DNA of 64,000 nt, from NCBI GenBank assembly GCA_049604715.1, contig JBMYTV010000001.1:91610-155609 (forward strand), given 5' to 3'. Source of the stretch: Patescibacteria group bacterium. GTDB lineage: Bacteria > Patescibacteriota > Patescibacteriia > S139-126 > S139-133. Positions 36,486-45,906 of this stretch are shown piece after piece. Position numbers and translations under genes: made by a program. The notes under the pieces are model-generated. The model was not told where the DNA came from, ran no database searches, and was given only the letters and a program-made list of their open reading frames with translations. Each line of letters begins with the position of its first letter. Position 1 is the stretch's first letter.

Positions 36486-37151
36486 ATGCATCAAGAGTAC
36501 GACATTAGGCGGAGTAAACGCAAAACATTAGCACTGGAGATTGATGCCAGTGCTCGTTTAATAGTACGCGCGCCTATGCGTCTTGCGCTTCGTGATATAG
36601 AGGCTTTTATTCGACAAAAAAGAACATGGATACGAAAAGGTCTTCAAGAAATGGAAAAGGTAAAGCAAGTCCGAGAACGAGAGCGTTTTTTTGAAGGAGA
36701 CACAGTGTTGTATTTAGGAAAAGAGCATACAGTTCGTTTTGATGATGTGAAAAGATGTACCATAGTAGATGGTATTTTTATTCTGCCGATCGCCGTACAA
36801 GGTCAGGCACAAAAGTATGTTCACATGTGGTATGCCAAACAAGCTCGTTTGTATATAGCGCCGCGGATTCGTGAGCTGGCAAGTGTTTTGGGGTATAGGA
36901 TTACAGGTATTAGGATAACATCAGCAAAAACGCGCTGGGGTTCATGTAGTGCTAAGGATACGATCAGTATCTCGTGGAGATTGCTGCAAGCACCGTCTAA
37001 AGTTATAGAGTATGTGATAATACATGAACTCGTTCATACTATACATAAAAATCACAAAACTAGATTTTGGCAACGAGTAGCAAAGCACTGCCCTGAATAT
37101 AAAAAGCATGTGAAGTGGCTAAGGGATAATAGTCATGTTTTGGGAATGTAA
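36486..37151 (+). CDS. DUF45/YgjP-family zinc metallopeptidase-like protein (M48-like)
   Basis: HELVHTIHKNHKTRFW (HExxH...NH..FW) signature. Start at the internal Met 1 nt after the nuclease stop. 221 aa. Confidence 0.75.
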   Translation: MHQEYDIRRSKRKTLALEIDASARLIVRAPMRLALRDIEAFIRQKRTWIRKGLQEMEKVKQVRERERFFEGDTVLYLGKEHTVRFDDVKRCTIVDGIFILPIAVQGQAQKYVHMWYAKQARLYIAPRIRELASVLGYRITGIRITSAKTRWGSCSAKDTISISWRLLQAPSKVIEYVIIHELVHTIHKNHKTRFWQRVAKHCPEYKKHVKWLRDNSHVLGM

Positions 37152-37181
37152 AAACCCTACTCATTTTGAGCAGGGACGTTG

Positions 37182-37717
37182 TTATCTTTTGTAGCAAATA
37201 TTACCTTCACCAGTACCTCTTTTGGCAGAGGTTTTATACCATTGGTGTGAGAGTTTCTGTACATTGATTCTTAATCTTCCGGCGATGGTGGACAGGTCCG
37301 TGCTGGTGAGACAGACTCCAGAATATTGTGTGGACGGTTTTTGTCTGAGTTCACTGACCAGGCGGTCGATCAGTTTGGAGCTCGCGTTTCGTTTGAGTGA
37401 TCTCCCTCGTTTTTTTTGGCGCCGGCGAAGCAGAGAGTATCCGATTGCGCTAAGTAGCAGCGTCAGTTTTGAGTCCGGTTTCAGTTGAAGCATAATCTAC
37501 TCCTTTACAGGTTTGCCATTTTAACTTTTACAGTTTGTTCACTTCTGGAGTGAGACAGCTTTACTCTTCTGATGCCAAGTAGCTGTGCGAGGCGTTCCAG
37601 CTCTGGGTTGGTTAATTTTTTACCACTGTACTTGTGGTCATTGCCTGGGTAAGTTTCCAACCTTTCAGCTAGAAGCAAGATTCTATCTCTTCCTTTCATC
37701 TTGGTAAATCCTTTCAT
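37182..37717 (-). pseudogene. GC-rich degenerate gene remnant (two adjacent short ORFs in different frames), possibly mobile-element derived
   Basis: 70-aa and 103-aa minus-strand ORFs separated by 11 nt. Basic HTH-like N-terminus (KGRDRILLLAERLE...LTNPELERLAQLLGI). Local GC is clearly higher than the flanks. No intact family recognised. Confidence 0.3.
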
Positions 37718-37866
37718 TGCTTAGTTTAACTTGTGAAGTTGCATTTACGAGAAAATTATCTCGACATGCTTTACTATACTGATATTTTATTAAACTGTCA
37801 ATATAAAGTTCACAATCTGTATTTGTTTCCGTTTTTGTGCTATAGTTAGCTTAAATAAGCTATTTT

Positions 37867-38202
37867 ATGGTAGAGGCATTGCAACCATTTTTAATATTCG
37901 TTTATTTACTGGGTATGGCAGCGCTACTTGGCGGCTTAATCGCTCAGTGGGGTGAGCGAACATATCATGTAGAACGAGCGCTATTGTATGGCGTTTTTTT
38001 GCAGCTTATCGCAAGTGTTGTTTATGTGTTCACAAGTAGTGTGGCAACAGAGCTGTTATCTCATATGCTCAGAGTGATAGTGCTATGTGCTATTATAGTT
38101 ATTTTGCTTGTGGCAAAACAAAGAAAATTTTCATGGAACGCATACCATAGCGTACTTGTGTTGGTAATAGCAGAGCTTGCTATAGGGGTATTTTGGTTTT
38201 GA
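37867..38202 (+). CDS. small membrane protein
   Basis: 111 aa, three hydrophobic helices. Confidence 0.45.
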   Translation: MVEALQPFLIFVYLLGMAALLGGLIAQWGERTYHVERALLYGVFLQLIASVVYVFTSSVATELLSHMLRVIVLCAIIVILLVAKQRKFSWNAYHSVLVLVIAELAIGVFWF

Positions 38203-38276
38203 TAGGTTAATTGACACTACAGTTGAAGAGTAATATACTACCTCTCTTAAGTCTAAAGGGGAGTTATTTATTTGCT

Positions 38277-39746
38277 ATGAAGGTATTAGTAGTAAAAAAC
38301 TATAAAGAGCTGTCGCAACGTGCGGCAACTTTTTTATTAAATCATGTTGCGCTTGAGCCACGCAGTGTATTTGGTTTGGCCACAGGTTCAACTCCAGAAG
38401 GAATGTATAAAGAGATTATAAATGCTACAAAAAATTTGTCTTATGACTTTTTTCATTGTAAAACTTTTAATCTTGATGAGTATGTGGGGTTAAACCCCGA
38501 GCATGAGCAAAGCTATCATGCGTACATGAACAGAGAGCTCTTTGATCATATACAGATTCAGAAAGAAAATATTCATATTCCAGAAGGACACAAGAATAAT
38601 CTTGAAAAACAGTGCGAGGCTTACGAGAGACATTTAGAACGACACCAGGTAGATGTTCAGGTATTGGGTTTGGGGGCTAATGGGCATATTGGTTTCAACG
38701 AGCCAGGTAGCGCGTTTACATCTCGCACACGTGTTGTTGATTTAACTCCTGCAACCATCAAGGCAAATTCTCGGTTTTTTGATACCAAAGCTTCTGTACC
38801 AAAAAAAGCTATAACAATGGGCATAGCGACCATTATGCAGGCAAAGAAGATAGTGATCATTGCAAATGGTGAGCATAAAGCGCGAGCAGTAAGACAAATG
38901 GTAGAAGGAAAGGTGAGTACAGCATGCCCTGCAAGTATTTTGCAGAACCATCCAGATGTGACCGTTATAGTTGATAGAGCGGCAGCTAAGCTTTTGAAAA
39001 ATGATTATTCAGATCATAAAAACGGTTGGACTGACGTGCGTATTCTAAACAAAAACGTGTTACCGCAATACAAAAATGTGTTAGTGGTATCACCGCATCC
39101 AGATGACTCAGCAGTTAGCAGTGGTGCAACTATTAGGGCTCTATTTGAGCAAAACAATGTCACTATCATGGCGATGACGTCAGGGTATCGTGCTGCTATA
39201 CCCGGAGCTGACAAAAAGAAACGTATTGCTGCCCGAAAAAAAGAAGCTTTGGCTGAGGCAAAAAAGCTGCAAGCAGATTTGTTGTTCCCAGAGTTTCATT
39301 TTTATGACCAAGGAAGAAAAAAATGGAAGCAAGATCTTAAGAAATTCGGTAAACTCTGGAAGTCAATCAATCCGTCTGTGGTTATACTTCCGCATCAGTA
39401 TGATGAGCACCCAACTCATAGATATAGCACAGCGCTTGTAGAGGACTATATCAAGCAAGAAAAGGTTAAGCAGTTAGAGCTTTGGTATTATGAGAGTGTC
39501 TGGTCGCAGCATTTGCTTACAAGTATTTCACAAGTCTTTTGTTACAACGAAGAATTGCATGATGTTAAGAATGCTGCAATTAACAGCCATACTAGTCAGG
39601 TAAAGCGAATACCGCTTGTAGAGATTACTGAGAATTTATCTCGTTTTAGGGCTCTTACTATACCTGAGCAGAAGTTTGTAACCTATGGACAAGAGCCTAT
39701 TAACCTAAGTAGTTTTGTAGAGGCGTATCATATAGAGAAAAGGTAA
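38277..39746 (+). CDS. nagB: fusion protein: glucosamine-6-phosphate deaminase (NagB) domain plus PIG-L/LmbE-family N-acetylglucosaminyl deacetylase domain
   Basis: N-terminal ~265 aa: GLATGSTPEGMY, FNLDEYVGL, LGLGANGHIGFNEPGS (NagB/6-phosphogluconolactonase fold). C-terminal ~210 aa: VLVVSPHPDDSAVSSGATI (PIG-L HPDD motif) and further His/Asp metal ligands. Start at the internal Met MKVLVVKNY. Confidence 0.75.
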   Translation: MKVLVVKNYKELSQRAATFLLNHVALEPRSVFGLATGSTPEGMYKEIINATKNLSYDFFHCKTFNLDEYVGLNPEHEQSYHAYMNRELFDHIQIQKENIHIPEGHKNNLEKQCEAYERHLERHQVDVQVLGLGANGHIGFNEPGSAFTSRTRVVDLTPATIKANSRFFDTKASVPKKAITMGIATIMQAKKIVIIANGEHKARAVRQMVEGKVSTACPASILQNHPDVTVIVDRAAAKLLKNDYSDHKNGWTDVRILNKNVLPQYKNVLVVSPHPDDSAVSSGATIRALFEQNNVTIMAMTSGYRAAIPGADKKKRIAARKKEALAEAKKLQADLLFPEFHFYDQGRKKWKQDLKKFGKLWKSINPSVVILPHQYDEHPTHRYSTALVEDYIKQEKVKQLELWYYESVWSQHLLTSISQVFCYNEELHDVKNAAINSHTSQVKRIPLVEITENLSRFRALTIPEQKFVTYGQEPINLSSFVEAYHIEKR

Positions 39747-39784
39747 GTGGTTGATTATTTTTACATTCTCATTCATAATCGCTA

Positions 39785-40960
39785 GTGAAATATATGCAAA
39801 CATCACTAGTTGAACAAATATTTTACTCAAGCAAAGAACTGTTGAATTCTGTCCGAACTGAACATGGTTTTATTGCGGCTGCAGAAAGCGCTGCTTCTCA
39901 AAAAAGAGGATATACAAGTATATTTGGTAGGGACGCTAGCATGTGCGCACTTGCAGGCCTTGTTTCTGAGGACGAGGGGCTAATTGAGGCAGGAAAGCAA
40001 TCTCTTATTACTCTTGCTGAACATGCTTCTGATATTGGTCAGATACCATTTTCTGTAAATACAGAGCGCAAGCTTGTGAAGTACCGAATGCCACAAAGTA
40101 TTGATAGTACTATTTGGTGGCTTTTAACTTTTTGGTTATATACTCAAAAATTATCTGACACATCATTAAAGGCACAGTATTATGCTGCGTTTCAGGAAGG
40201 TATTACTTGGCTTCAAAACCGCATGCAATATGGCTTGCTGGAGGAGGGAGAGGGAGCGGGTTGGGCTGATGAATTACCTCGTAGTGGTATGGTTTTGTAT
40301 ACGAACGCATTGTGGCTTCTCTTTTTAGAGCATATTAAAAGTGCAGAACGTAAAGCTATTTATCATAATTTTCTATACTTTTTTGATTATCATACTGATA
40401 CTGTAAGGGGTTACCCAGAGCTGCAACGTCAGTTCCCAAACTTTAGGAATAATCTCAAGAAGACAAAGCGGAAAAGTCAGACATTTTATGCAAGTGTGTC
40501 ACGGTTTAATTTGAATGAAAGTATAGATGTATTTGGCAACACACTCGCTTGTATATCAGGAGCGCTACCACGTACACGAGAGCGTGCGATTTTAAAAGAA
40601 CTACAGGATGTTGCAGACGAGAGCCCGTTTTTGATTCGAAGTATGCCTGAGCCAGAACGACTTCACCAGGGAATCTTTGAGGCAACATTTCAAAATCGTG
40701 CTTGGCAATACCATAACGCTGGGGTGTGGCCGATGATTGGTGGTTGGTATGTGTATGCGCATGCTAAGGCTGGTAATATGCGAGTTGCTCATGAAGCACT
40801 TGAGAGGCTCGCAGAGGTTAATAGTCTCGAAAAGCATCCATTTCCAGAGTGGATACATGGAAGGACAGGTAAAACTATGGGACTTGATAGGCAAGCATGG
40901 AATGCAGCTGTCTATATACTAGCTTATAAGGCTGTAACCGAGGGTACCTTCTTGGTGTAG
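39785..40960 (+). CDS. (alpha/alpha)6-barrel glycoside hydrolase (GDE_C / GH100 invertase-like)
   Basis: 391 aa. Pattern of Trp/Gly-rich helices (IWWLLTFWLY, GAGWADE, NAGVWPMIGGWYVYA) typical of six-hairpin glycosidases. Assignment by fold resemblance only. Confidence 0.55.
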   Translation: MKYMQTSLVEQIFYSSKELLNSVRTEHGFIAAAESAASQKRGYTSIFGRDASMCALAGLVSEDEGLIEAGKQSLITLAEHASDIGQIPFSVNTERKLVKYRMPQSIDSTIWWLLTFWLYTQKLSDTSLKAQYYAAFQEGITWLQNRMQYGLLEEGEGAGWADELPRSGMVLYTNALWLLFLEHIKSAERKAIYHNFLYFFDYHTDTVRGYPELQRQFPNFRNNLKKTKRKSQTFYASVSRFNLNESIDVFGNTLACISGALPRTRERAILKELQDVADESPFLIRSMPEPERLHQGIFEATFQNRAWQYHNAGVWPMIGGWYVYAHAKAGNMRVAHEALERLAEVNSLEKHPFPEWIHGRTGKTMGLDRQAWNAAVYILAYKAVTEGTFLV

Positions 40961-41010
40961 CGGCAACACAACAAAATGTAGTACACTACATGTATAGATA
41001 ATATTACATT

Positions 41011-42069
41011 ATGAAATTTCAATCATTTCAAAGAGGACTGTTTATCAGCATGCTATTTGTGGTTACAGCCCTTTTTCTATGGCTTATTCAGCCATTTTTG
41101 TTAGCTCTTTTTTGGGCTATTGTTTTAACAATACTATTTTATCCTTTGCGAAGTTGGTTTGTTGAGATACTACAAGGAAGAGAAGTTGCTGGAGTCATTC
41201 TGACCATTTTTGTTGTGTTTGCAGCTGTGTTTTTGCCTTTGTACGGATTAACAGTCGCAATGGTACATGAGCTTACTAGCATGTATCAGATTGCTGTTCA
41301 GCAAGATTATTCAGTTGTTGAGACAGTAAGTGTTGTAGAAGATTATATTCCAGTTTTTGAGTGGCTTGAAACATTTAACATTTCTCGTGATGATGTTCAG
41401 ACTAAGATCACTAGTAGTCTGGGATCAATTAGTTCATATATCGCACAGTCACTCGCAAATTTGGGTCAACAAACATTTAGATTTTTCTTACAGTTTTTCA
41501 TAATGATGTACGCGCTGTTTTTCTTTCTCAAAGATGGCGCTCGAATACTTCATGTTTTACAGCACATGTTACCCCTTGGTGATAAGCGAGAGAAAAGACT
41601 ATATGATAGATTTTCTTCAACAGTACGCGCAACCATAAAGGGAACTATTATTATTGGCATTATACAAGGTGCTCTCGGCGGCATTATGTTTTGGGTAGCT
41701 GGTATTCCTGGTGCAATTATGTGGGCAGCGATTATGACAGTCCTGTCCATTATCCCAGCAGTTGGTAGTGGTTTGATCTGGGGGCCTGCTGGTCTGATTC
41801 TTATATTATCAGGAAATGTAGTTACTGGCGTTAGTATCTTGGTTGTTGGTGTTCTGCTGATAAGTTTTGTTGATAATATACTTCGCCCACCATTGGTAGG
41901 AAAAGACACGGAGATGCCAGATATTTTAGTGTTACTTTCTACACTTGGTGGTTTGGCTACATTTGGTATTAGTGGGTTTGTTATTGGTCCGGTAATAGCT
42001 GCATTTTTCCTAACATTTTGGAGGATGTTTGGTGAAGACTACGCAAAGGACTTGTCATTGTTTGGATAA
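41011..42069 (+). CDS. AI-2E family transporter (PerM/UPF0118)
   Basis: 8 TM segments and a central cytoplasmic loop. 352 aa. N-terminal LFWAIVLTILFYPL topology. Confidence 0.8.
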   Translation: MKFQSFQRGLFISMLFVVTALFLWLIQPFLLALFWAIVLTILFYPLRSWFVEILQGREVAGVILTIFVVFAAVFLPLYGLTVAMVHELTSMYQIAVQQDYSVVETVSVVEDYIPVFEWLETFNISRDDVQTKITSSLGSISSYIAQSLANLGQQTFRFFLQFFIMMYALFFFLKDGARILHVLQHMLPLGDKREKRLYDRFSSTVRATIKGTIIIGIIQGALGGIMFWVAGIPGAIMWAAIMTVLSIIPAVGSGLIWGPAGLILILSGNVVTGVSILVVGVLLISFVDNILRPPLVGKDTEMPDILVLLSTLGGLATFGISGFVIGPVIAAFFLTFWRMFGEDYAKDLSLFG

Positions 42070-42071
42070 GT

Positions 42072-42821
42072 ATGCACACACTCCGTACTCGTTTTGCAAA
42101 TGAAATTGTAACTGAATTTCTACCGCCGCGAAAAAAGTCGCGGCGTGTAGTGATTTTGTGTGGCGGTATGCCTTCAATACCTGCCAAAAAGGCAGTGATT
42201 GAATATTTTGCAAAAAATAATTTCTGGGTATTTTTTCCAAGGTATCGAGGTACATGGGAGAGTGACGGAAAATTTCTGAAACGATCACCTCACGAAGACG
42301 TCATAGATATTATCAATGGTTTGTCTGATGGTTTTGTGAGTTACTGGGATCATGAGTCTTACCGAGTGCAGCCGGAAGAGATATACATAATAGGAGCAAG
42401 TTTTGGTGGACCGGCTGCAATTCTTGCAAGTAAGGATGAACGAGTAACAGCTGCTGTTGCAGTGTCGCCTGTTATTGACTGGCAGCATGAGAGTGAGGAT
42501 GAGCCGCTAGATTTTCTTAAAACTTTTGTACGTGAGGGTTTTGGAAATGGTTACCGTTTTGAAGATGCAGAGTGGAATAAGTTAGCTGAAGGAAATTTTT
42601 ATAACCCAGCCGCGCAAGTCAGTAGTATTGATGGTTCTAAGATTTTTATTATGCATTCACTTGATGATCGCGCTGCTCCATATGAAGCAAGTCATGACTT
42701 CTCGCTAAAGACAGGGGCAAAACTTTGGACTTTGAAGAAATATGGCCATTTAGGTTTGTCTTTTGCCACACGGTTTGTGCCATTTATGCGAATCAAACAT
42801 TTTTTTAGAAGCGTAAGATAG
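42072..42821 (+). CDS. alpha/beta hydrolase (S9 peptidase/dienelactone hydrolase-like)
   Basis: Nucleophile elbow GASFGG. HSLDD plus C-terminal His. 249 aa. Confidence 0.7.
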   Translation: MHTLRTRFANEIVTEFLPPRKKSRRVVILCGGMPSIPAKKAVIEYFAKNNFWVFFPRYRGTWESDGKFLKRSPHEDVIDIINGLSDGFVSYWDHESYRVQPEEIYIIGASFGGPAAILASKDERVTAAVAVSPVIDWQHESEDEPLDFLKTFVREGFGNGYRFEDAEWNKLAEGNFYNPAAQVSSIDGSKIFIMHSLDDRAAPYEASHDFSLKTGAKLWTLKKYGHLGLSFATRFVPFMRIKHFFRSVR

Positions 42822-42822
42822 T

Positions 42823-44124
42823 ATGGGTAGAAAAACACCTCCACAGTTTCCACTTACCATTGAGCATATAGTATTTGGAGGGGAAGGAATGGGGTATTTT
42901 GAAAATAGGCCCGTTTTTGTTTATGGAGTTTTTCCAGGAGAAGAGGTAGTGGTTGCTCCTATTAAAGTTAATAGCAGGTTTGTGAAGGCACGGCTTGTGT
43001 CAGTTACCAAGTCTTCACCAAAACGTATACCAGCACTCGAGGAGCATCATTTAACCTGTAGTCCATGGCAAACTATTTCATATGATGAGCAGGTGGTGTA
43101 TAAGACAAGCATGGTGAAATCTATGTGGGAACATATGACTAAAGACGTGAGCAAAGAGACGCTCACCATTTTGCCTAGTGATGAGCAGTGGAATTATCGT
43201 AATAAGCTAGAGTTTTCAGTTATAGAGGGTGATGGAGGTGGTATGCAGTTAGCATTTCATAAACGTTACCGTCACAGTCAGTATTATGGTCTAGATAAGT
43301 GTGTACTTGGTATGCCGCAGATGAATACAGCAGCAACAGCTTTGCTCGGTCAGCTACAAGATTTGGGAGTAACTGCAGATATGATAAAGAACATTTTAGT
43401 ACGAGGTACAAATACAGGAGATGTAGTTGCTGTGGTATACGCAATGACAAAAAAGTTTCCAGATGTAGATTTTTCAAAATTATCAATACAAGGAGGTGCG
43501 GTCGTTTACTCTGATCCAAAATCGCCAGTCGCAAAAACAGATGAAGTTCTTCTGAGTTTTGGGATTCTTGATCTTACAGAAAGTGTAAATGAAAAAAAGT
43601 TAACTTACGGGTATGAAAGTTTTTTCCAAGTACATACACCGATGTTTACAAAGCTTATACAAGAACTGAAGAAGCACTTGCCCAAGTCTATTCCAAGATT
43701 GCTAGACTTATACTCAGGTGTTGGAACTATTGGGATTGCTCTCTCAGATATTGTAGGTCATATTACTGCAATAGAGAATCATAGTAAGTCTAAGTACTAT
43801 GCAGAGATTAATTTCTCACAAAATGGTATTAACAATTTTGATTTTATGCAGATTGAGGTAGAGAAAAGTGAAATGCATGATTTGTTTACATCACATGATG
43901 TGATATGCGTTGATCCTCCTAGAGCTGGCTTACATCCGAAGGTATCTGAGATGTTGAGTGAAAGTGGTTCAGATATTATTGTATACGTATCATGTAACCC
44001 AGCAACACAGGCAAGAGATTGGAACATTTTGAAGAAAAATTATATCATAAAGACATGGTATCTTGTGGATATGTATCCGCAAACACCACATGTAGAAAGT
44101 GTACTAGTTTTAAAACGTACGTAA
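42823..44124 (+). CDS. RNA (uracil-C5)-methyltransferase, TrmA/RlmD family with TRAM domain
   Basis: N-terminal TRAM-like beta barrel. Motif I DLYSGVGTIG. Motif IV DPPRAG. C-terminal catalytic Cys region VSCNP. 433 aa. Confidence 0.85.
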   Translation: MGRKTPPQFPLTIEHIVFGGEGMGYFENRPVFVYGVFPGEEVVVAPIKVNSRFVKARLVSVTKSSPKRIPALEEHHLTCSPWQTISYDEQVVYKTSMVKSMWEHMTKDVSKETLTILPSDEQWNYRNKLEFSVIEGDGGGMQLAFHKRYRHSQYYGLDKCVLGMPQMNTAATALLGQLQDLGVTADMIKNILVRGTNTGDVVAVVYAMTKKFPDVDFSKLSIQGGAVVYSDPKSPVAKTDEVLLSFGILDLTESVNEKKLTYGYESFFQVHTPMFTKLIQELKKHLPKSIPRLLDLYSGVGTIGIALSDIVGHITAIENHSKSKYYAEINFSQNGINNFDFMQIEVEKSEMHDLFTSHDVICVDPPRAGLHPKVSEMLSESGSDIIVYVSCNPATQARDWNILKKNYIIKTWYLVDMYPQTPHVESVLVLKRT

Positions 44125-44125
44125 T

Positions 44126-44548
44126 ATGCTTTTCACAGTTTTAGTTTCATTTTTCTTCGCAGGACTTTGTACTATACTTTGGCAGCGAATTATAACCGCG
44201 ACTGACGGCGGGAGATTGTCATGGCTCTTTATACCAATAGAGTCACTCATTGGCGATGAATACAATGTCAATGTTCGGACAGTGGTTGGAATCATCGTGT
44301 GGTTTTTCTTGTCCATAGTATTTGGGCTTTTGTACTGGTACTTGGTTGAGTCAAATGTTTTGACGTATTATGATGGTTTGTCAGTAGGTATTTTTACATT
44401 TGTATTGTACAGTATTAGTCAGATAGGTGTGTTGCCGTTTTTTTCACAAGGAGTTGGTGGCTGGAAGATAAGTACATGGCTGTGGCTTGAGTCTATTGTT
44501 TCTTGGGTCTTATTTGGAGTGGTACTGTGGGTATTTGTTCACGTGTAA
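44126..44548 (+). CDS. hypothetical membrane protein
   Basis: 140 aa, 4 hydrophobic helices. Confidence 0.5.
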   Translation: MLFTVLVSFFFAGLCTILWQRIITATDGGRLSWLFIPIESLIGDEYNVNVRTVVGIIVWFFLSIVFGLLYWYLVESNVLTYYDGLSVGIFTFVLYSISQIGVLPFFSQGVGGWKISTWLWLESIVSWVLFGVVLWVFVHV

Positions 44549-44549
44549 T

Positions 44550-45239
44550 ATGGAAAATAAGTTACAACATATAGGTATTATAATGGACGGAAATAGACGT
44601 TGGGCGCGCAAGCGCGGTATGCCTACTTTTGCTGGCCACAAAGCAGGTGTTGATTCTCTTAAAAAGGTCGCAAAAGCTGCCATAAATAACAACATACCAT
44701 ATATAACAATATATGCTTTTTCAACTGAGAATTGGAAGCGTGCACAAGATGAAGTTAAGTACTTGATGAAGTTGATAAAAAATTCGATAGCAAAGGGGAC
44801 GGAATTTTTTAATACAAACAATATTAAAATCCGCATCTTTGGTGATTTAGATAACATGGTCGAGCCATCGTTAGCTGACGCGCTGCGCGCAGTAGAGAAG
44901 GGTACTGCTTCCAATACAGCTGTGCAGTGTAATGTGTGTTTTAATTATGGAGGGCGTGATGAAATAGTAAACGCTGTGCGGAAGCTAGTTGATAAAAAAA
45001 TACCTGCAGATGAGGTAACAGCAGATGCTATATCAAAAGAATTATATTCAGTTGGTGTGCCAGATCCTGATATTATAGTTCGCACTAGTGGGGAGCAGCG
45101 ACTATCTAATTTCTTACTATGGCAATCAGCTTACAGTGAGCTTTATTTTGTCGATACATTGTGGCCTGACTTTGACGAAGAGGCGCTAGTTGATGTTATT
45201 GAGGAGTATGGTCGCAGACAGAGGAGATTTGGGCAATAA
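44550..45239 (+). CDS. uppS: undecaprenyl diphosphate synthase
   Basis: HIGIIMDGNRRWA. AFSTENWKR. C-terminal RFG. Start at the internal Met after the previous stop. Confidence 0.9.
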   Translation: MENKLQHIGIIMDGNRRWARKRGMPTFAGHKAGVDSLKKVAKAAINNNIPYITIYAFSTENWKRAQDEVKYLMKLIKNSIAKGTEFFNTNNIKIRIFGDLDNMVEPSLADALRAVEKGTASNTAVQCNVCFNYGGRDEIVNAVRKLVDKKIPADEVTADAISKELYSVGVPDPDIIVRTSGEQRLSNFLLWQSAYSELYFVDTLWPDFDEEALVDVIEEYGRRQRRFGQ

Positions 45240-45241
45240 CA

Positions 45242-45703
45242 TTACCAAAGTGTAATCATCAAACCTAAGAACACTATCTGAACGAGAATGCCGTATTTGA
45301 ACGGTATTTCTTTTTTGAAAAAACCGTGCAAATAAGTGTGCATTTTTTGATGGGTATGAATAAGTTTGAACCTTCCTTTGGTTTTTATTTCTATGAATTG
45401 AAGGCCGTCAGGGAGGCATGCTAAAAAGGCAGCAATTATTCCTCTCCAAAGTGGAGTTGATGGGTGAGTATAAAAGTATGCCCCTAAAATGAGTAGAATA
45501 ATTAAGCCATCAATACCTGCTATTAGTAGCATGCGTTTTTCTTTCTGCTTTTCAGTAAATGAATCTGGTATAAGGTGTTCATCACCGTGAGGTATGCTAT
45601 CTACTATGTAGTGCGATATAAACGATATTGGAAAGAGAAGAGCAGCATGCAGTGGCATTGTTGCGAGTACAAGCGCAGCTGAAGAGTGGACAGATAAAAA
45701 CAT
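45242..45703 (-). CDS. hypothetical membrane protein (possible YdjM-like membrane-bound metal-dependent hydrolase)
   Basis: 153 aa. His/Asp-rich segments (HYIVDSIPHGDEH) between TM helices. Confidence 0.45.
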   Translation of the reverse strand: MFLSVHSSAALVLATMPLHAALLFPISFISHYIVDSIPHGDEHLIPDSFTEKQKEKRMLLIAGIDGLIILLILGAYFYTHPSTPLWRGIIAAFLACLPDGLQFIEIKTKGRFKLIHTHQKMHTYLHGFFKKEIPFKYGILVQIVFLGLMITLW

Positions 45704-45792
45704 AAAAAAATTATAATAACTTTATACAGTATAGCATGCTGGATTACATTGTGCTGGTACTAAAAAACAACCTCTAAAACGAGATTGTTTTT

Positions 45793-45813
45793 TGGTGGCG
45801 GGGGTGGGATTTT
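45793..45813 (-). repeat. partial duplicate of the 3' end of tRNA-Met (20-nt identity), att-site-like
   Basis: tggtggcgggggtgggattt at 45793-45812 is identical to 45907-45926, which is the tRNA 3' acceptor/T-arm region. Flanking bases are also similar. Confidence 0.6.
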
Positions 45814-45869
45814 CCGCCCAAGGCGGACCAGCCTTGGGCTGGGAACCCACTTAGTTTATATTCTAGACC

Positions 45870-45900
45870 CATAACACAACAACCTCACTAAAAAGTGAGG
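45870..45900 (-). terminator. hairpin terminator downstream of tRNA-Met (minus strand)
   Basis: cctcact-aaaaa-gtgagg (45883-45900). On the minus strand it is followed by ttgttgtgtt. Confidence 0.55.
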
Positions 45901-45906
45901 TGTTTG

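Noticed and set aside
45793-45870. Possibility that the tRNA 3'-end duplicate is a second complete tRNA gene
   Set aside because: The reverse complement of the region has no D-arm or anticodon arm. Only the last ~20 nt match a tRNA, so it is a fragment.
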